NCBI RefSeq assembly: GCF_045807025.1 | Contig: NZ_JBJMID010000014.1 | DNA from: Mycobacterium sp. | GTDB taxonomy: Bacteria; Actinomycetota; Actinomycetes; Mycobacteriales; Mycobacteriaceae | DNA: 64,000 nucleotides | Strand: one strand, 5' to 3' | Shown: piece by piece, positions 9,666 to 19,901 of the stretch | Position numbering within the stretch: the stretch's first letter is position 1 | Layout: each line of letters begins with the position of its first letter | The notes under the pieces: generated by a model | What the model was told of the DNA's origin: nothing | Seen by the model: the letters and a program-made list of their open reading frames with translations, nothing else | The model's database searches: none | Position numbers and translations under genes: made by a program

Positions 9666-11435
9666 GTGACCGCCGTCAAGACATCCGTCGTCGCGCTGAT
9701 CGCACTGCTGATCTGCAGCATGGGTCTGGCGGCGCCCGCTGGTGCCAACGTCGACCAGTGCGCCCCGCCGGGAGTCCAGAGTGCCAGCGCGCTGCCGACC
9801 AATCTCGCCGCCGCCGCCCAGGGTCCCGGCGCCGACAGGTACACGACCCCGACGGTCGCATCGTTGAGCGCTGTCAACGTCAATGCTCTTGGCCTGGGTG
9901 TGCCGGGGACGCTGACCGTCGGCACGCTCTCGGATGCGCCGCCGAGTATCTGTATCAACTCCGCGGGACAGTTCACGGGCTTCGACAACGAACTTCTGCG
10001 CGCGATCGCCGACAAGCTGGGACTCAAGATCAATTTCGTCGGCACCGAGTTCTCCGGGCTGCTGGCGCAGGTGGCGTCGCGGCGCTTCGACGTCGGATCT
10101 TCCTCGATCACGACTACCGATGCCCGCCGGCGCACGGTCGGCTTCACCAATGGTTATGACTTCGGCTACTTCTCACTCGTCGTTCCGTCCGGGTCACCGA
10201 TCACCGGGTTTGGCAAGCTGGCGACAGGACAACGCATCGGCGTCGTGCAGGGCACCGTGCAGGAGGCGTACGTCATCGACACGCTGCACCTGCAACCGGT
10301 GAAGTTCCCCGACTACAACACCGTCTACGCCAGCCTCAAGACCCGCCAGATCGACGCGTGGGTGGCGCCGTCGCAGCAGGCACAGGGCACGGTGCAGCCC
10401 GGTGATCCCGCGCAGATCATCGAAAACACCTTCAGCTTGGACAATTTCGTGGCGTGGGCGGTGGCCAAGGACAACCAGCCGCTGATCGACGCGTTGAACT
10501 CGGGGCTGGATGCGATCATCGCGGACGGCACCTGGGCGCGGTTGTACGTCGATTGGGTGCCGCGCGCGTTGCCGCCGGGATGGAAGCCCGGGTCGAAGGC
10601 GGCGCCTGCGCCGCAGCTGCCCGACTTCGCCGCGATTGCGGCGGAGAACCAACAGGCGCCGTCGGGTGCCGCCGCACCGAAGTCCACGCTGTCGCAGCTC
10701 AAGGATTCGTTCCTCAACTGGGATCTGTACAAGCAGGCCATCCCTGACCTGTTCAAGACCGGGCTGCCGAACACGTTGATCCTGACCGTCAGCGCTTCAG
10801 TGATCGGTCTGGCGCTGGGCATGGCGCTGGCCGTCGCAGGGATCTCGCGGGCCCGTTGGCTGCGATGGCCGGCCCGGGTGTACACCGACATCTTTCGTGG
10901 GCTGCCGGAAGTGGTGATCATCCTGCTGATCGGGCTGGGCGTCGGGCCGGTGGTGGGCGGCTTGACGGGTAACAACCCGTATCCGCTCGGCATCGCCGCG
11001 TTGGGTCTGATGGCTGCCGCGTATGTCGGGGAGATCTTCCGGTCCGGCATCCAGAGTGTGGAGCCCGGTCAGCTGGAGGCGTCCCGCGCACTGGGCTTCA
11101 GTTACACGTCGTCGATGCGGCTGGTGGTGGTGCCGCAGGGAGTGCGACGGGTGCTGCCCGCCCTGATGAACCAGTTCATCTCGCTGTTGAAGGCCTCCTC
11201 GCTGGTGTATTTCCTTGGACTGGTTGCCAATCAGCGTGAGCTGTTCCAAGTGGGGCGCGATCTCAACGCGCAGACCGGCAACCTCTCGCCACTGGTGGCG
11301 GCCGGGTTGTTCTACCTGTTGTTGACGGTCCCGCTGACGCACCTGGTGAACTTCATCGACACCCGGCTGCGGCGTGGCCGTGAACCCGGCAGGGAAGACC
11401 CGCTCGAATTGTCCACGTCCCAGGAGATGATCTGA
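9666..11435 (+). CDS. Polar amino-acid ABC transporter: substrate-binding domain fused to permease
   Basis: Signal peptide, family-3 SBP (GFDNELL, FSGLL, RRFTV-like), then HisM-type permease (FRGLP, AAYVGEIFRSGIQSV..GQLEA). Start could alternatively be GTG 9642. Confidence 0.88.
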   Translation: MTAVKTSVVALIALLICSMGLAAPAGANVDQCAPPGVQSASALPTNLAAAAQGPGADRYTTPTVASLSAVNVNALGLGVPGTLTVGTLSDAPPSICINSAGQFTGFDNELLRAIADKLGLKINFVGTEFSGLLAQVASRRFDVGSSSITTTDARRRTVGFTNGYDFGYFSLVVPSGSPITGFGKLATGQRIGVVQGTVQEAYVIDTLHLQPVKFPDYNTVYASLKTRQIDAWVAPSQQAQGTVQPGDPAQIIENTFSLDNFVAWAVAKDNQPLIDALNSGLDAIIADGTWARLYVDWVPRALPPGWKPGSKAAPAPQLPDFAAIAAENQQAPSGAAAPKSTLSQLKDSFLNWDLYKQAIPDLFKTGLPNTLILTVSASVIGLALGMALAVAGISRARWLRWPARVYTDIFRGLPEVVIILLIGLGVGPVVGGLTGNNPYPLGIAALGLMAAAYVGEIFRSGIQSVEPGQLEASRALGFSYTSSMRLVVVPQGVRRVLPALMNQFISLLKASSLVYFLGLVANQRELFQVGRDLNAQTGNLSPLVAAGLFYLLLTVPLTHLVNFIDTRLRRGREPGREDPLELSTSQEMI

Positions 11436-12187
11436 TGGCTGATTCAGTGTCGCTGGCGGTCGAACCAGTGTCGTTGAGCGCCACCGACATTCACTTGGCG
11501 TTCGGCCCGAACGCGGTGCTGGGCGGCGTCGACATCGACGTGCCTGCGGGTACCACCGCGGCGGTGATCGGGCCGTCCGGGTCGGGCAAGTCGACGCTGC
11601 TGCGGACGCTGAACCGGCTCTACGAACCCGACAAGGGCGACATCCTGCTCGACGGCCGGTCGGTGCTCGCCGACAACCCCGATCAGCTGCGGCAGCGCAT
11701 CGGCATGGTGTTCCAGAACTTCAATCTGTTCCCCCACCGCAGCGTGTTGGACAACGTGACGCTGGCGCCGCGCAGGCTCAAGCGGCTCGGTGCCGTGCAG
11801 GCACGCGAGTTGGGGCTGGAGCAGTTGGACCGTGTTGGGCTGCGGCACAAGGCCGACGTGCGGCCCGGCACGCTGTCGGGCGGGCAGCAACAACGGGTGG
11901 CGATCGCGCGGGCGCTGGCGATGTCGCCGCAGGTGATGTTCTTCGACGAGGCCACCTCGGCGCTGGATCCCGAGTTGGTCAAGGGCATCCTGGCGCTCAT
12001 CGCCGATCTCGGCTCCCAGGGCATGACGATGGTGGTGGTCACGCACGAGATGGGTTTCGCGCGGTCGACGTCGGACGCGGTGGTGTTCATGGACCACGGC
12101 CAGGTAGTCGAAGCGGGTCCACCGGAGCAAATCTTCGACGCCGCGGAGACCGACCGGCTGCGTCGTTTTCTATCGCAGGTTCTTTGA
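11435..12187 (+). CDS. Amino-acid ABC transporter ATP-binding protein (GlnQ-like)
   Basis: Walker A GPSGSGKST, signature LSGGQQQRV, FDEATSALD, VTHEM. Confidence 0.95.
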   Translation: MADSVSLAVEPVSLSATDIHLAFGPNAVLGGVDIDVPAGTTAAVIGPSGSGKSTLLRTLNRLYEPDKGDILLDGRSVLADNPDQLRQRIGMVFQNFNLFPHRSVLDNVTLAPRRLKRLGAVQARELGLEQLDRVGLRHKADVRPGTLSGGQQQRVAIARALAMSPQVMFFDEATSALDPELVKGILALIADLGSQGMTMVVVTHEMGFARSTSDAVVFMDHGQVVEAGPPEQIFDAAETDRLRRFLSQVL

Positions 12188-12243
12188 GGTTAATTGACGC
12201 GCATTCGCATGTGGCAGCCCCCAACAGGTTAGACTGGCGAATT

Positions 12244-12687
12244 ATGGTGGAGACCGAATCGCAGGTCGGCGAGTTGGCCGGTGAGCTGCAGCGCGTGCTC
12301 TCCAAGGTGTTCTCGGTGCTTCGCCGCGGCGACCCCAATCGGACCGAGGCCGGCGACCTGACGCTGGCTCAGTTGTCGATTCTGCTGACGTTGCTGGACC
12401 TGGGTCCCATCCGGATGACGGAGCTGGCCGCCCACGAGCGGGTGCGAACACCCACCACCACGGTGGCGATCCGCCGGCTGGAGAAACTGGGTCTGGTCAA
12501 ACGATCCCGCGATCCGTCGGATCTTCGGGCCGTGCTCGTCGACATCACCCCGAAGGGCCTGGCTCAGCATCGTGACGCGCTGGCCGCGCGCAAGGCGCGA
12601 CTGGCCACGCTGCTGGCGAAGCTCAGCGCCGAAGACCTCGAGACGTTGACCAAGGCGTTGGCCCCGCTGGAGCGGCTGGCCGAATAG
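12244..12687 (+). CDS. MarR-family transcriptional regulator (Rv0042c-like)
   Basis: LTLAQLSIL...MTELA...RLEKLGLVKRSRDPSDLR is a MarR wHTH. Confidence 0.92.
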   Translation: MVETESQVGELAGELQRVLSKVFSVLRRGDPNRTEAGDLTLAQLSILLTLLDLGPIRMTELAAHERVRTPTTTVAIRRLEKLGLVKRSRDPSDLRAVLVDITPKGLAQHRDALAARKARLATLLAKLSAEDLETLTKALAPLERLAE

Positions 12688-14028
12688 TTAGCCCAGCCAA
12701 TCGAGAACCGCCGCGGCGGTCCACGACTGCTGCATGCTGCCCAGTGGCTCGCCGGTGAACGGCTCGTAGTACTCCGCGAAGGTGCCGTCGCTGGCCTGCC
12801 TGAGGCCTTCCCGCTTGAGCATCTGCGCGCGTTCGGCCCAGCCGCGGCGGGCGAAACACCACGAGAACAGCCACGTCATCACCGGCCACACCGGCCCGCG
12901 CCAGTACTCGCGCTGCCGGAAGTCACGCGACACCGGCGACGTCGACGGGATCAGTGAGTACCGCAGATCCGGATGCCCACAGAACCGCGGACCCTCAAGC
13001 AGCCTTAGCAGGGTGCGCTCCTTGTCGTGCGGCAACCCGCCGCACAGCAGCGGTGCGAACTGCGCGACCGTCTCGGTGGCCACCCATTTGTCGGCGCGCA
13101 CATCGAAATCCCTTGCGGCGCCGGTGCGTTCGTCGGTGGTCGCGACGACGCCCCTGCGGAACCGCTCGGCCCAGGCGTACAGATCCCTCACGTCGGCGTT
13201 GGGGCGTTTGTAGTCCTCGCCGATCTCGGCCAGAACCGTGCACGCCACAGACAGGATCGCCGACACGAACACGTCCTCCACGGCGAAGCTCATCACCTTG
13301 GGCAACAGCTCGTCGTCGTAGCGGGCGGCCTTCATCTCTTCGACAAGCCACAGATACCGGTCGTACTCGACGTCGCTCGGGCGCTGGCTGGCGTCGGTGA
13401 CGATGGTGTTGTCCTCGCGCTGATACTCCGGCACGGTGCCGGAAATCACGTTGGCGTAGGAGCTATCCCAGCGCGGCGAGTTGTCCATGCCGGACTCCCA
13501 TCCGTGGTACAGCGTGACCCGGCCGTGCTCGTTCTGGTCGCGGCCCTCGGCCAGCCATCGATGCCACCGCACCAGGTCCGCCCAGCGACGGTCCAGGAAC
13601 GCCTCCGCGACGCCGCGGGTGGATCGCCCGCGAGTGCGGGCGTGGTCGAGGATCCGCTGCACCGCGATCGCATGCACCGGCGGCTGGGTGATGCCAGACG
13701 TGTGGCGGGTTCTTGGTGCGTTGGCGGCCAGCGCCGAGGTGGCCCACCGCGCGGGCCCGGGGAAGTAGCCGTCGACGCCGTTGGCGAAGACGATGTGCGG
13801 GATCATCCCGTTGGTCCACTGCGCCGAGAGCAGCGTGTCGAGTTCCACGACGGCCCGCTCGACACTCAGCGGCGCCAGCCCGATGGCGACGAACGCGGCG
13901 TCCCAGCTCCACATGTGCGGATACAGCAACGGCGCGGCGGTGGTCATCGCGCCCAGGTCGTTGCCGCGCAGTAGATATGCGGCGCGGGCCGCGAGTTGGG
14001 TCGGAGCGAAGCTGTGGTCGGGAGGCAT
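12688..14028 (-). CDS. ggh: Glucosylglycerate hydrolase (GH63/MGH1-like)
   Basis: MPPDHSFAPTQL start, YPHMWSWDAAF, HGWESGMDNS, YWRGPVW, FAEYYEP, QSWTAA; 446 aa. The 700-aa track ORF is an upstream read-through artefact. Confidence 0.88.
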   Translation of the reverse strand: MPPDHSFAPTQLAARAAYLLRGNDLGAMTTAAPLLYPHMWSWDAAFVAIGLAPLSVERAVVELDTLLSAQWTNGMIPHIVFANGVDGYFPGPARWATSALAANAPRTRHTSGITQPPVHAIAVQRILDHARTRGRSTRGVAEAFLDRRWADLVRWHRWLAEGRDQNEHGRVTLYHGWESGMDNSPRWDSSYANVISGTVPEYQREDNTIVTDASQRPSDVEYDRYLWLVEEMKAARYDDELLPKVMSFAVEDVFVSAILSVACTVLAEIGEDYKRPNADVRDLYAWAERFRRGVVATTDERTGAARDFDVRADKWVATETVAQFAPLLCGGLPHDKERTLLRLLEGPRFCGHPDLRYSLIPSTSPVSRDFRQREYWRGPVWPVMTWLFSWCFARRGWAERAQMLKREGLRQASDGTFAEYYEPFTGEPLGSMQQSWTAAAVLDWLG

Positions 14029-14082
14029 CGCTTCAATAATGCGACGCGTTTGCCTGGAACGCAGGTCGGTAGGGTGGCCGAC

Positions 14083-14748
14083 ATGCCGACTGCGATGATC
14101 ACCGGAGCTTCCGGCGGCCTTGGTTCGGCGCTCGCCGAGGCGCTTGCGCCGACGCACACATTGTTCCTGGCGGGCCGGCCGTCGCCGCGGCTCGACGAGG
14201 TGGCCGCGCGCTGCGGCGCCACCACGTGGCCGATCGATCTGGCCGACACCGACGCCATACCGGCGGTGGTAGAGCCGATCGTCGAGCTCGACGTGCTGAT
14301 CCACAACGCCGGCGTCGCGTTCCCGGGACGGGTCGCCGAATCGACCCTCGACGAATGGCGGAAGACGATGGAGGTCAACGTCATTGGCGCGGCGGCGCTG
14401 ACACTCGCGCTTCTGCCGGCATTGCGTGCCGCCGAAGGTCACATCGTGTTCATCAACTCCGGTTCGGGCATCAACGCCTCGCCGGGATTGGCGTCCTATT
14501 CGGCGAGCAAGTTCGCCCTGCGCGGGTTGGCGGATTCCTTGCGTAACGACGAGCGGTCGCTGCGGGTGACGTCGGTTCACCCCGGCCGGATCGCGACGGT
14601 GATGCAGGAAGGCCTGGTCGCCTACGAAGGCAAGGACTACGACCCGTCGCGGTTCTTGAGCCCGCAGACCGTCGCCAAGGTCGTCGCCGACGCGGTGAAT
14701 GCGCCGGCCGACGCCCAAATCCACGAGATCATCGTCCGCCCCCGGTGA
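14083..14748 (+). CDS. Short-chain dehydrogenase/reductase
   Basis: ITGASGGLG (TGxxxGxG), HNAG, YSASK (YxxxK). Confidence 0.93.
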   Translation: MPTAMITGASGGLGSALAEALAPTHTLFLAGRPSPRLDEVAARCGATTWPIDLADTDAIPAVVEPIVELDVLIHNAGVAFPGRVAESTLDEWRKTMEVNVIGAAALTLALLPALRAAEGHIVFINSGSGINASPGLASYSASKFALRGLADSLRNDERSLRVTSVHPGRIATVMQEGLVAYEGKDYDPSRFLSPQTVAKVVADAVNAPADAQIHEIIVRPR

Positions 14749-14793
14749 TTTGTGTGCGTTCGGGAGCGGTGGGCGCTCCGAAATGCACACAAA
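14749..14793. terminator. Long inverted repeat between convergent SDR and leuS (bidirectional terminator or REP-like palindrome)
   Basis: TTTGTGTGCGTTCGGGAGCG...CGCTCCGAAATGCACACAAA: an imperfect stem of about 20 bp. Confidence 0.7.
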
Positions 14794-14799
14794 CCGCCA

Positions 14800-17649
14800 T
14801 TAGATGACGATGTTGACCAGTCGGCCGGCGACCACGATGACCTTCTTCGGCGTTGCACCGTTGATGAACGCCTGCACCTTGTCGTCGGCCAGCGCAGCGG
14901 TCTCCAGCGTGTCGGCGTCGGCATCCGCGGGCACCGTCACACGGCCGCGGACCTTGCCGTTGACCTGCACCGGATACTCGACGGTGTCCTCGATCAGGTA
15001 CTGCGGGTCGGCCACCGGGAACGGGCCGTGTGCCAGCGACTTGTCATGGCCCAGCCGCTTCCACAACTCCTCCGCGAGATGCGGTGCCAGCGGCGCGACC
15101 ATCAGCACCAGCGGCTCGAGCGCCGCCCGCGAGCGCACCTCGTTTTTGGTCAGGTGGTTGGTGTACTCGATCAGCTTCGCCGCGGCGGTGTTGTTGCGCA
15201 GCGCCGCGTAGTCCTCGGTCACCCCGGCGATCGTGCGGTGCAGTTGCTTCTGCGTCTCCTCGTCGAGCGCCTCGTGCTCGGCGGCTCGTTCGATGCCGGT
15301 CTGCTCGTCGACCACCAATCGCCACACCCGCTGCAGGAACCTGTACGCGCCGACGACGTCCTTGGTGGCCCACGGCCGCGATGCCTCCAGCGGGCCCATC
15401 GACATCTCGTATACGCGCAGAGTGTCGGCGCCGTAGTTGTCGCAGATCTCGTCGGGCGACACCGAATTCTTCAGGCTCTTGCCGATCTTGCCGAACTCCT
15501 GGTTGACCTCGATCTCGCCGTCGGGTCCGGTCCAGTAGAACTTGCCGCCGCGTTCGGTCACCTCAGCCGCAGGCACATACGCGCCGCGGGCATCGGTATA
15601 GGCGAACGCCTGGATGTAGCCCTGGTTCACCAACCGCCGATACGGCTCCATGGAGCTGATGTGGCCGAGGTCGTAGAGCACCTTGTGCCAGAACCGCGCA
15701 TACAGCAGATGGAGCACCGCGTGCTCGACGCCACCGACGTACAGGTCGACACCGCCCGGGTCCTTCGCGCCATGCTCGGCCGGCCGCGGGCCCATCCAGT
15801 ATGCCTCGTTTTCCTTGGCGCACAACTCTTCTGAGTTGTGCGGGTCGGTATAGCGCAGCTCATACCACGAGCTGGCGGCCCACTGCGGCATCACGTTGAT
15901 GTCGCGCGTGTACGGCTTCAGCCCGTCACCGAGGTCCAGGTCGACGTGTACCCATTCGGTCGCCTTGCCCAGCGGCGGTGACGGTTCGCTGTCGGCGTCG
16001 TCGGGGTCCAAATGCACCGGCGCGTAATCGGGCATGTCGGGCAGCTCGACCGGGAGCGCCGACTCTGGCAGCGGGTGCGCGCGGCCTTCGGCGTCGTAGA
16101 CGATGGGGAACGGCTCACCCCAGTACCGCTGCCGTGCGAACAGCCAGTCGCGCAGCTTGTACTCGACGCGCGCCTGCCCGCGACCCTCGGCGGCAAGCCG
16201 CGTGGTGATGGCCTCCTTCGCCGATGCGACGGACAACCCGTTCAGATAGTCCGAATTGACCACCTCGCCGTCACCGCTATACGCCCCTTGCGAAATGTCG
16301 CCGCCCGCAACCGTTTCCACGATCGGCAGACCGAACTGGGTGGCGAAGTCCCAGTCGCGCTGATCGCCACCGGGCACGGCCATGATCGCGCCGGTGCCGT
16401 AGCCGATCAACACATAGTCGGCGATGAACACCGGAATCTGTTGGCTGTTGGCCGGATTCGTCGCGTAGCTGCCCAGGAATACGCCGGTCTTGTCCTTGTT
16501 CTCTTGACGCTCCAGATCGGACTTGGCGGCGATGGTGGCGCGATAGGCGGCGACGGCCTCGGTCGGTGTCGCCGCGCCGAACATCCACCGCTGATCTACA
16601 CCGGCGGGCCACGCCGCAGCGGTCAGCTTGTCGACCAGCCCGTGCTCGGGCGCCAGCACCATGTACGTCGCGCCGAACAAGGTGTCGGGTCGCGTGGTGA
16701 ACACCTCGATGTCGCCGGCGTCAGTCCCGAACAAGACAGACGCGCCCGTCGACCGGCCGATCCAGTTGCGCTGCATGGTCTTGACCTTCTCGGGCCAATC
16801 CAGCAGATCAAGATCGTCGAGCAGTCGGTCCGAGTACGCGGTGATGCGCATCATCCACTGCCGCAACCGCTTCCGGAACACGGGGAAGTTGCCGCGCTCG
16901 CTGCGGCCATCAGAGGTGACTTCCTCGTTGGCCAGCACGGTTCCTAGCCCTGGACACCAGTTGACCATCGAGTCGGACCGGTACACCAGCCGATACGAGT
17001 CGGTCACGTCGGCCCGGTCGTCCGCCGACAACTCAGACCAGGCCCGCCCGTCGTCGAGTGTCCTTGCCCCCGACTCGAATTCGGCCAGTAATTCGGCGAT
17101 CGGCCTGGCCTTGTTCGCGGCCGGGTCAAACCATGCGTTGTAGATCTGCAGGAAGATCCACTGCGTCCACTTGTAATAGTCGACGTCGGTGGTGGAGAAG
17201 CTACGGCGGGAGTCGTGCCCGAAGCCCAGCCGACCCAGCTGGCGGCGGAAGTTGACGATATTCGCCTCGGTACGCGTGCGCGGATGGGTGCCGGTCTGAA
17301 TCGCGTACTGCTCCGCCGGCAGTCCGAACGAGTCGAAGCCCAACGCATGCAACACGTTGCGTCCCGTCATCCGGTAGTAGCGGGCGTAGACGTCGGTCGC
17401 GATGTAGCCGAGCGGATGCCCGACGTGCAGCCCCTCGCCCGACGGGTACGGGAACATGTCCAGCACGAACATCTTGTCGGCGGGCACCGGCGTACCGTCC
17501 GTCGGCGCCAACGAGCCCACCGGGTTGGGCACATGGAATGTTCCCGACTGGTCCCAGCTCTGCTGCCAGGCATCCTCGATCTGCCCGGCCAGCTCCGCGG
17601 TGTAGCGGTGCTGCGGGGTGTCGGCCTCCGTGGCGGCGGGTTCTGTCAC
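14800..17649 (-). CDS. leuS: Leucine--tRNA ligase
   Basis: [15 protein letters not shown] (HIGH-type), KIGKS (KMSKS-type), [14 protein letters not shown]; 949 aa. Confidence 0.98.
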   Translation of the reverse strand: MTEPAATEADTPQHRYTAELAGQIEDAWQQSWDQSGTFHVPNPVGSLAPTDGTPVPADKMFVLDMFPYPSGEGLHVGHPLGYIATDVYARYYRMTGRNVLHALGFDSFGLPAEQYAIQTGTHPRTRTEANIVNFRRQLGRLGFGHDSRRSFSTTDVDYYKWTQWIFLQIYNAWFDPAANKARPIAELLAEFESGARTLDDGRAWSELSADDRADVTDSYRLVYRSDSMVNWCPGLGTVLANEEVTSDGRSERGNFPVFRKRLRQWMMRITAYSDRLLDDLDLLDWPEKVKTMQRNWIGRSTGASVLFGTDAGDIEVFTTRPDTLFGATYMVLAPEHGLVDKLTAAAWPAGVDQRWMFGAATPTEAVAAYRATIAAKSDLERQENKDKTGVFLGSYATNPANSQQIPVFIADYVLIGYGTGAIMAVPGGDQRDWDFATQFGLPIVETVAGGDISQGAYSGDGEVVNSDYLNGLSVASAKEAITTRLAAEGRGQARVEYKLRDWLFARQRYWGEPFPIVYDAEGRAHPLPESALPVELPDMPDYAPVHLDPDDADSEPSPPLGKATEWVHVDLDLGDGLKPYTRDINVMPQWAASSWYELRYTDPHNSEELCAKENEAYWMGPRPAEHGAKDPGGVDLYVGGVEHAVLHLLYARFWHKVLYDLGHISSMEPYRRLVNQGYIQAFAYTDARGAYVPAAEVTERGGKFYWTGPDGEIEVNQEFGKIGKSLKNSVSPDEICDNYGADTLRVYEMSMGPLEASRPWATKDVVGAYRFLQRVWRLVVDEQTGIERAAEHEALDEETQKQLHRTIAGVTEDYAALRNNTAAAKLIEYTNHLTKNEVRSRAALEPLVLMVAPLAPHLAEELWKRLGHDKSLAHGPFPVADPQYLIEDTVEYPVQVNGKVRGRVTVPADADADTLETAALADDKVQAFINGATPKKVIVVAGRLVNIVI

Positions 17650-17837
17650 GTGAACAGGGTATAAGCACGCACATGGGCGCCCCGTCGGCCACGGCTTGGT
17701 ATCGGTTCCGTTGCGGACCGGTCAGAGGTTGGTTCCAGCTCGATTCCAGCCCTGGTGGCTCATCGTTCGTGGGGGATACGGTCGGCGCCTGACCACGGGA
17801 TGTGACGAACCCGAACCGCTCGGAAGGACGGACGTCG

Positions 17838-18728
17838 ATGAACGAGATCGCCCGCCGCTGGCGGGTTCTGGCAGGTGGCGCGGCCGCTGGTGTGGCCGCT
17901 GTCGTCGGCTTCGCTGGGGCCACCGCTTCGGCAGAGCCGCTGTTGCCGCAACCGCCGCTGCCCGTGCCCGCGACCGTGACGCAGTCAGTCGTGGCGCCCA
18001 ACGCCGCGGCGACGGCGCCACAGGCGCTCGGACAAGCGGGTGTGACGCCAATGACGCCGGTGCCCGCAGGCATCGCGACACCGGCCGTGCCCGCACCACC
18101 ACCGGTCACGATCACCCCGGCGGCCTCGGGCACGCTGTCCGACTTCTTCAAGGCGAAGAACGTCAAGCTCGAACCGCAGAACAGCCGCGACTTCAAGGCG
18201 CTCACCATCGTGCTGCCGATGCCGAAGGGCTGGGCGCAGATACCGGACCCGAACGTCCCTGACGCGTTCGCGGTGATCGCCGACCGGGTCGGCGGCAACG
18301 GGCTCTACTCGACCAACGCGCAGCTCAAGGTCTACAAGCTGATCGGTGACTTCGACCCGAAGGAAGCCATCAGCCATGGCTTCATCGAGAGTCAGCAGCT
18401 GCCTGCCTGGCGCGCCACCGACGGGTCGCTCGCCGACTTCGGCGGTATGCCGTCGTCGTTCATCGAAGGTACCTACCGCGAGAACTCGATGACGCTCAAC
18501 ACGTCGCGACGCAACATCATCGCCACGGCGGGCCCCGACAAGTACCTGGTGTCGCTCGCCGTGACGACAAGCGTCGACCAGGTCGTCGCGGCGGCCGATG
18601 CCACCGACGCGATCGTCAACGGCTTCAAGGTGAGTCTCCCCGGGCCACCGACCCCAGCACCGCAAGCCGCGGGGCCGGGCCTGCCCCAGATGCCGGCTGT
18701 GCCGCAGCTCCTGGGGCAAACGGGATAG
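17838..18728 (+). CDS. mtc28: Secreted Pro-rich LpqN/LpqT-family protein (Mtc28/Rv0040c-like)
   Basis: Signal peptide ending ASA-EP, Pro/Ala-rich linker, LPMPKGW, VIADR, KLIGDFDP, YLVSLAVT. Confidence 0.8.
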   Translation: MNEIARRWRVLAGGAAAGVAAVVGFAGATASAEPLLPQPPLPVPATVTQSVVAPNAAATAPQALGQAGVTPMTPVPAGIATPAVPAPPPVTITPAASGTLSDFFKAKNVKLEPQNSRDFKALTIVLPMPKGWAQIPDPNVPDAFAVIADRVGGNGLYSTNAQLKVYKLIGDFDPKEAISHGFIESQQLPAWRATDGSLADFGGMPSSFIEGTYRENSMTLNTSRRNIIATAGPDKYLVSLAVTTSVDQVVAAADATDAIVNGFKVSLPGPPTPAPQAAGPGLPQMPAVPQLLGQTG

Positions 18729-18732
18729 TCGT

Positions 18733-18766
18733 CGTCCCCCGGGCGAAGCCTGGCGCTCGGGGGACG
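18733..18766 (+). terminator. GC-rich hairpin after mtc28
   Basis: CGTCCCCCGGGCG...CGCTCGGGGGACG stem; no U-tract (mycobacterial I-shaped type). Confidence 0.55.
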
Positions 18767-18809
18767 GCCCAATCCGGCAGGCGATCCGCCAGGCTCGTAT
18801 TGTGTGGCC

Positions 18810-19157
18810 ATGCTGATCGCCGCGGTGCTCTGTTTGTGCGCCGCCGTCGCGACCGCCGGTCTTGGCCTATGGCTGCTCTCCCGCCCGCGCGCCGCCGATC
18901 CGGTCCATCAGATTCTGCGTGCAGTGGCCCCGACCCAACTCGCCGCGGCGGTGATGCTGACCGCCGGCGGTGTGGTGGCGTTGTCGTCGCACCCGCAGAC
19001 AGGCCTGCTCGTTGTGGGGGTGTGCGTGATCGGCGCGATCAGCACCGTTGCGGCCGGCTGCTGGCAGAGCGCCAAGGTTGTCGCCCGCCGCGAGGCGGCC
19101 GGCGTCAGTTGCGGCGGAGCATGCGCGACCTGCACACTGTCGTGTAACTCGGCCTGA
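18810..19157 (+). CDS. Small membrane protein with C-terminal Cys cluster (Rv0039c-like)
   Basis: Three hydrophobic helices and a tail CGGACATCTLSC. Confidence 0.8.
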   Translation: MLIAAVLCLCAAVATAGLGLWLLSRPRAADPVHQILRAVAPTQLAAAVMLTAGGVVALSSHPQTGLLVVGVCVIGAISTVAAGCWQSAKVVARREAAGVSCGGACATCTLSCNSA

Positions 19158-19178
19158 TCGGTTGCCGCTGGCGGTCTT

Positions 19179-19784
19179 TCAGTTGCGGCTGATATCGATC
19201 GGGTGGCTTGCCAGCAGCGACAGCGGCAGCGGCTGGCGGCGCAGCACCCGCGACCACAGATCGACCCGCGGCTCGACGAGAACATCAGACGGCAACGCGG
19301 ACAGCACAATCCAGTCATCTCGCTCGATCTCGCCCTCGAGCTGGCCGATTGTCCAGCCCGAGTAGCCCGCGAAGATACGCACCCCCTCGACCATCGGGGC
19401 GATCGCGTCCGGATCGGCGTCCAGGTCGACCATCACCATCCGGCCCTGCACGTGCCTCAGCCCCGGCGCCCCGCTCGCCTCGAGACCCGCGCGCAACGTC
19501 GCCAGGCACAGCGCCGCGTCGCGCTTCACTGGCCCGCCGATGAACATGGTCTTGGGCTTGGTGGCCAGCTTGGCCCACTGCGGCAACACGTTGTAGACCG
19601 CGGTCTCGCTGGGCCGGTTCAACACCACTCCGAGCGTGCCACCGTCGTTGTGCTCGACGACATAGATGACGCTGCGCCGAAACGTCGGCTCGAGCAGATC
19701 GGTGTTGGCGAGCAACAGCGTCCCGGCGCGCACCCGGTGGGTCGCAGGAGCGATGAAATCCTCCGGATCCTCTGAGTGCGCCAC
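19179..19784 (-). CDS. YqgE/AlgH (DUF179) family protein (Rv0038-like)
   Basis: [48 protein letters not shown]. The 705-aa track ORF is read-through antisense to the MFS gene. Confidence 0.93.
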   Translation of the reverse strand: MAHSEDPEDFIAPATHRVRAGTLLLANTDLLEPTFRRSVIYVVEHNDGGTLGVVLNRPSETAVYNVLPQWAKLATKPKTMFIGGPVKRDAALCLATLRAGLEASGAPGLRHVQGRMVMVDLDADPDAIAPMVEGVRIFAGYSGWTIGQLEGEIERDDWIVLSALPSDVLVEPRVDLWSRVLRRQPLPLSLLASHPIDISRN

Positions 19785-19901
19785 ATCACCATAATGGCAC
19801 CAGCAACGGGTCGCTGTGGAGAACAAGCGCGGCCCGCCGGGATATTTGTACTGTGGGTCGGGTTGCCGATTTGCACACCACTCAACCAGGACGTGATTCT
19901 C

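Noticed and set aside
12688-14790. 700-aa minus-strand ORF suggesting an N-terminally extended ggh
   Set aside because: The extension is antisense to the SDR gene. The GH63 homology begins at ATG 14028, which has its own CATTAT -10.
17650-17837. T-box leader upstream of leuS
   Set aside because: No T-box or specifier structure is recognisable, and a TACCCT -10 lies 6 nt before the GTG, implying a leaderless mRNA.
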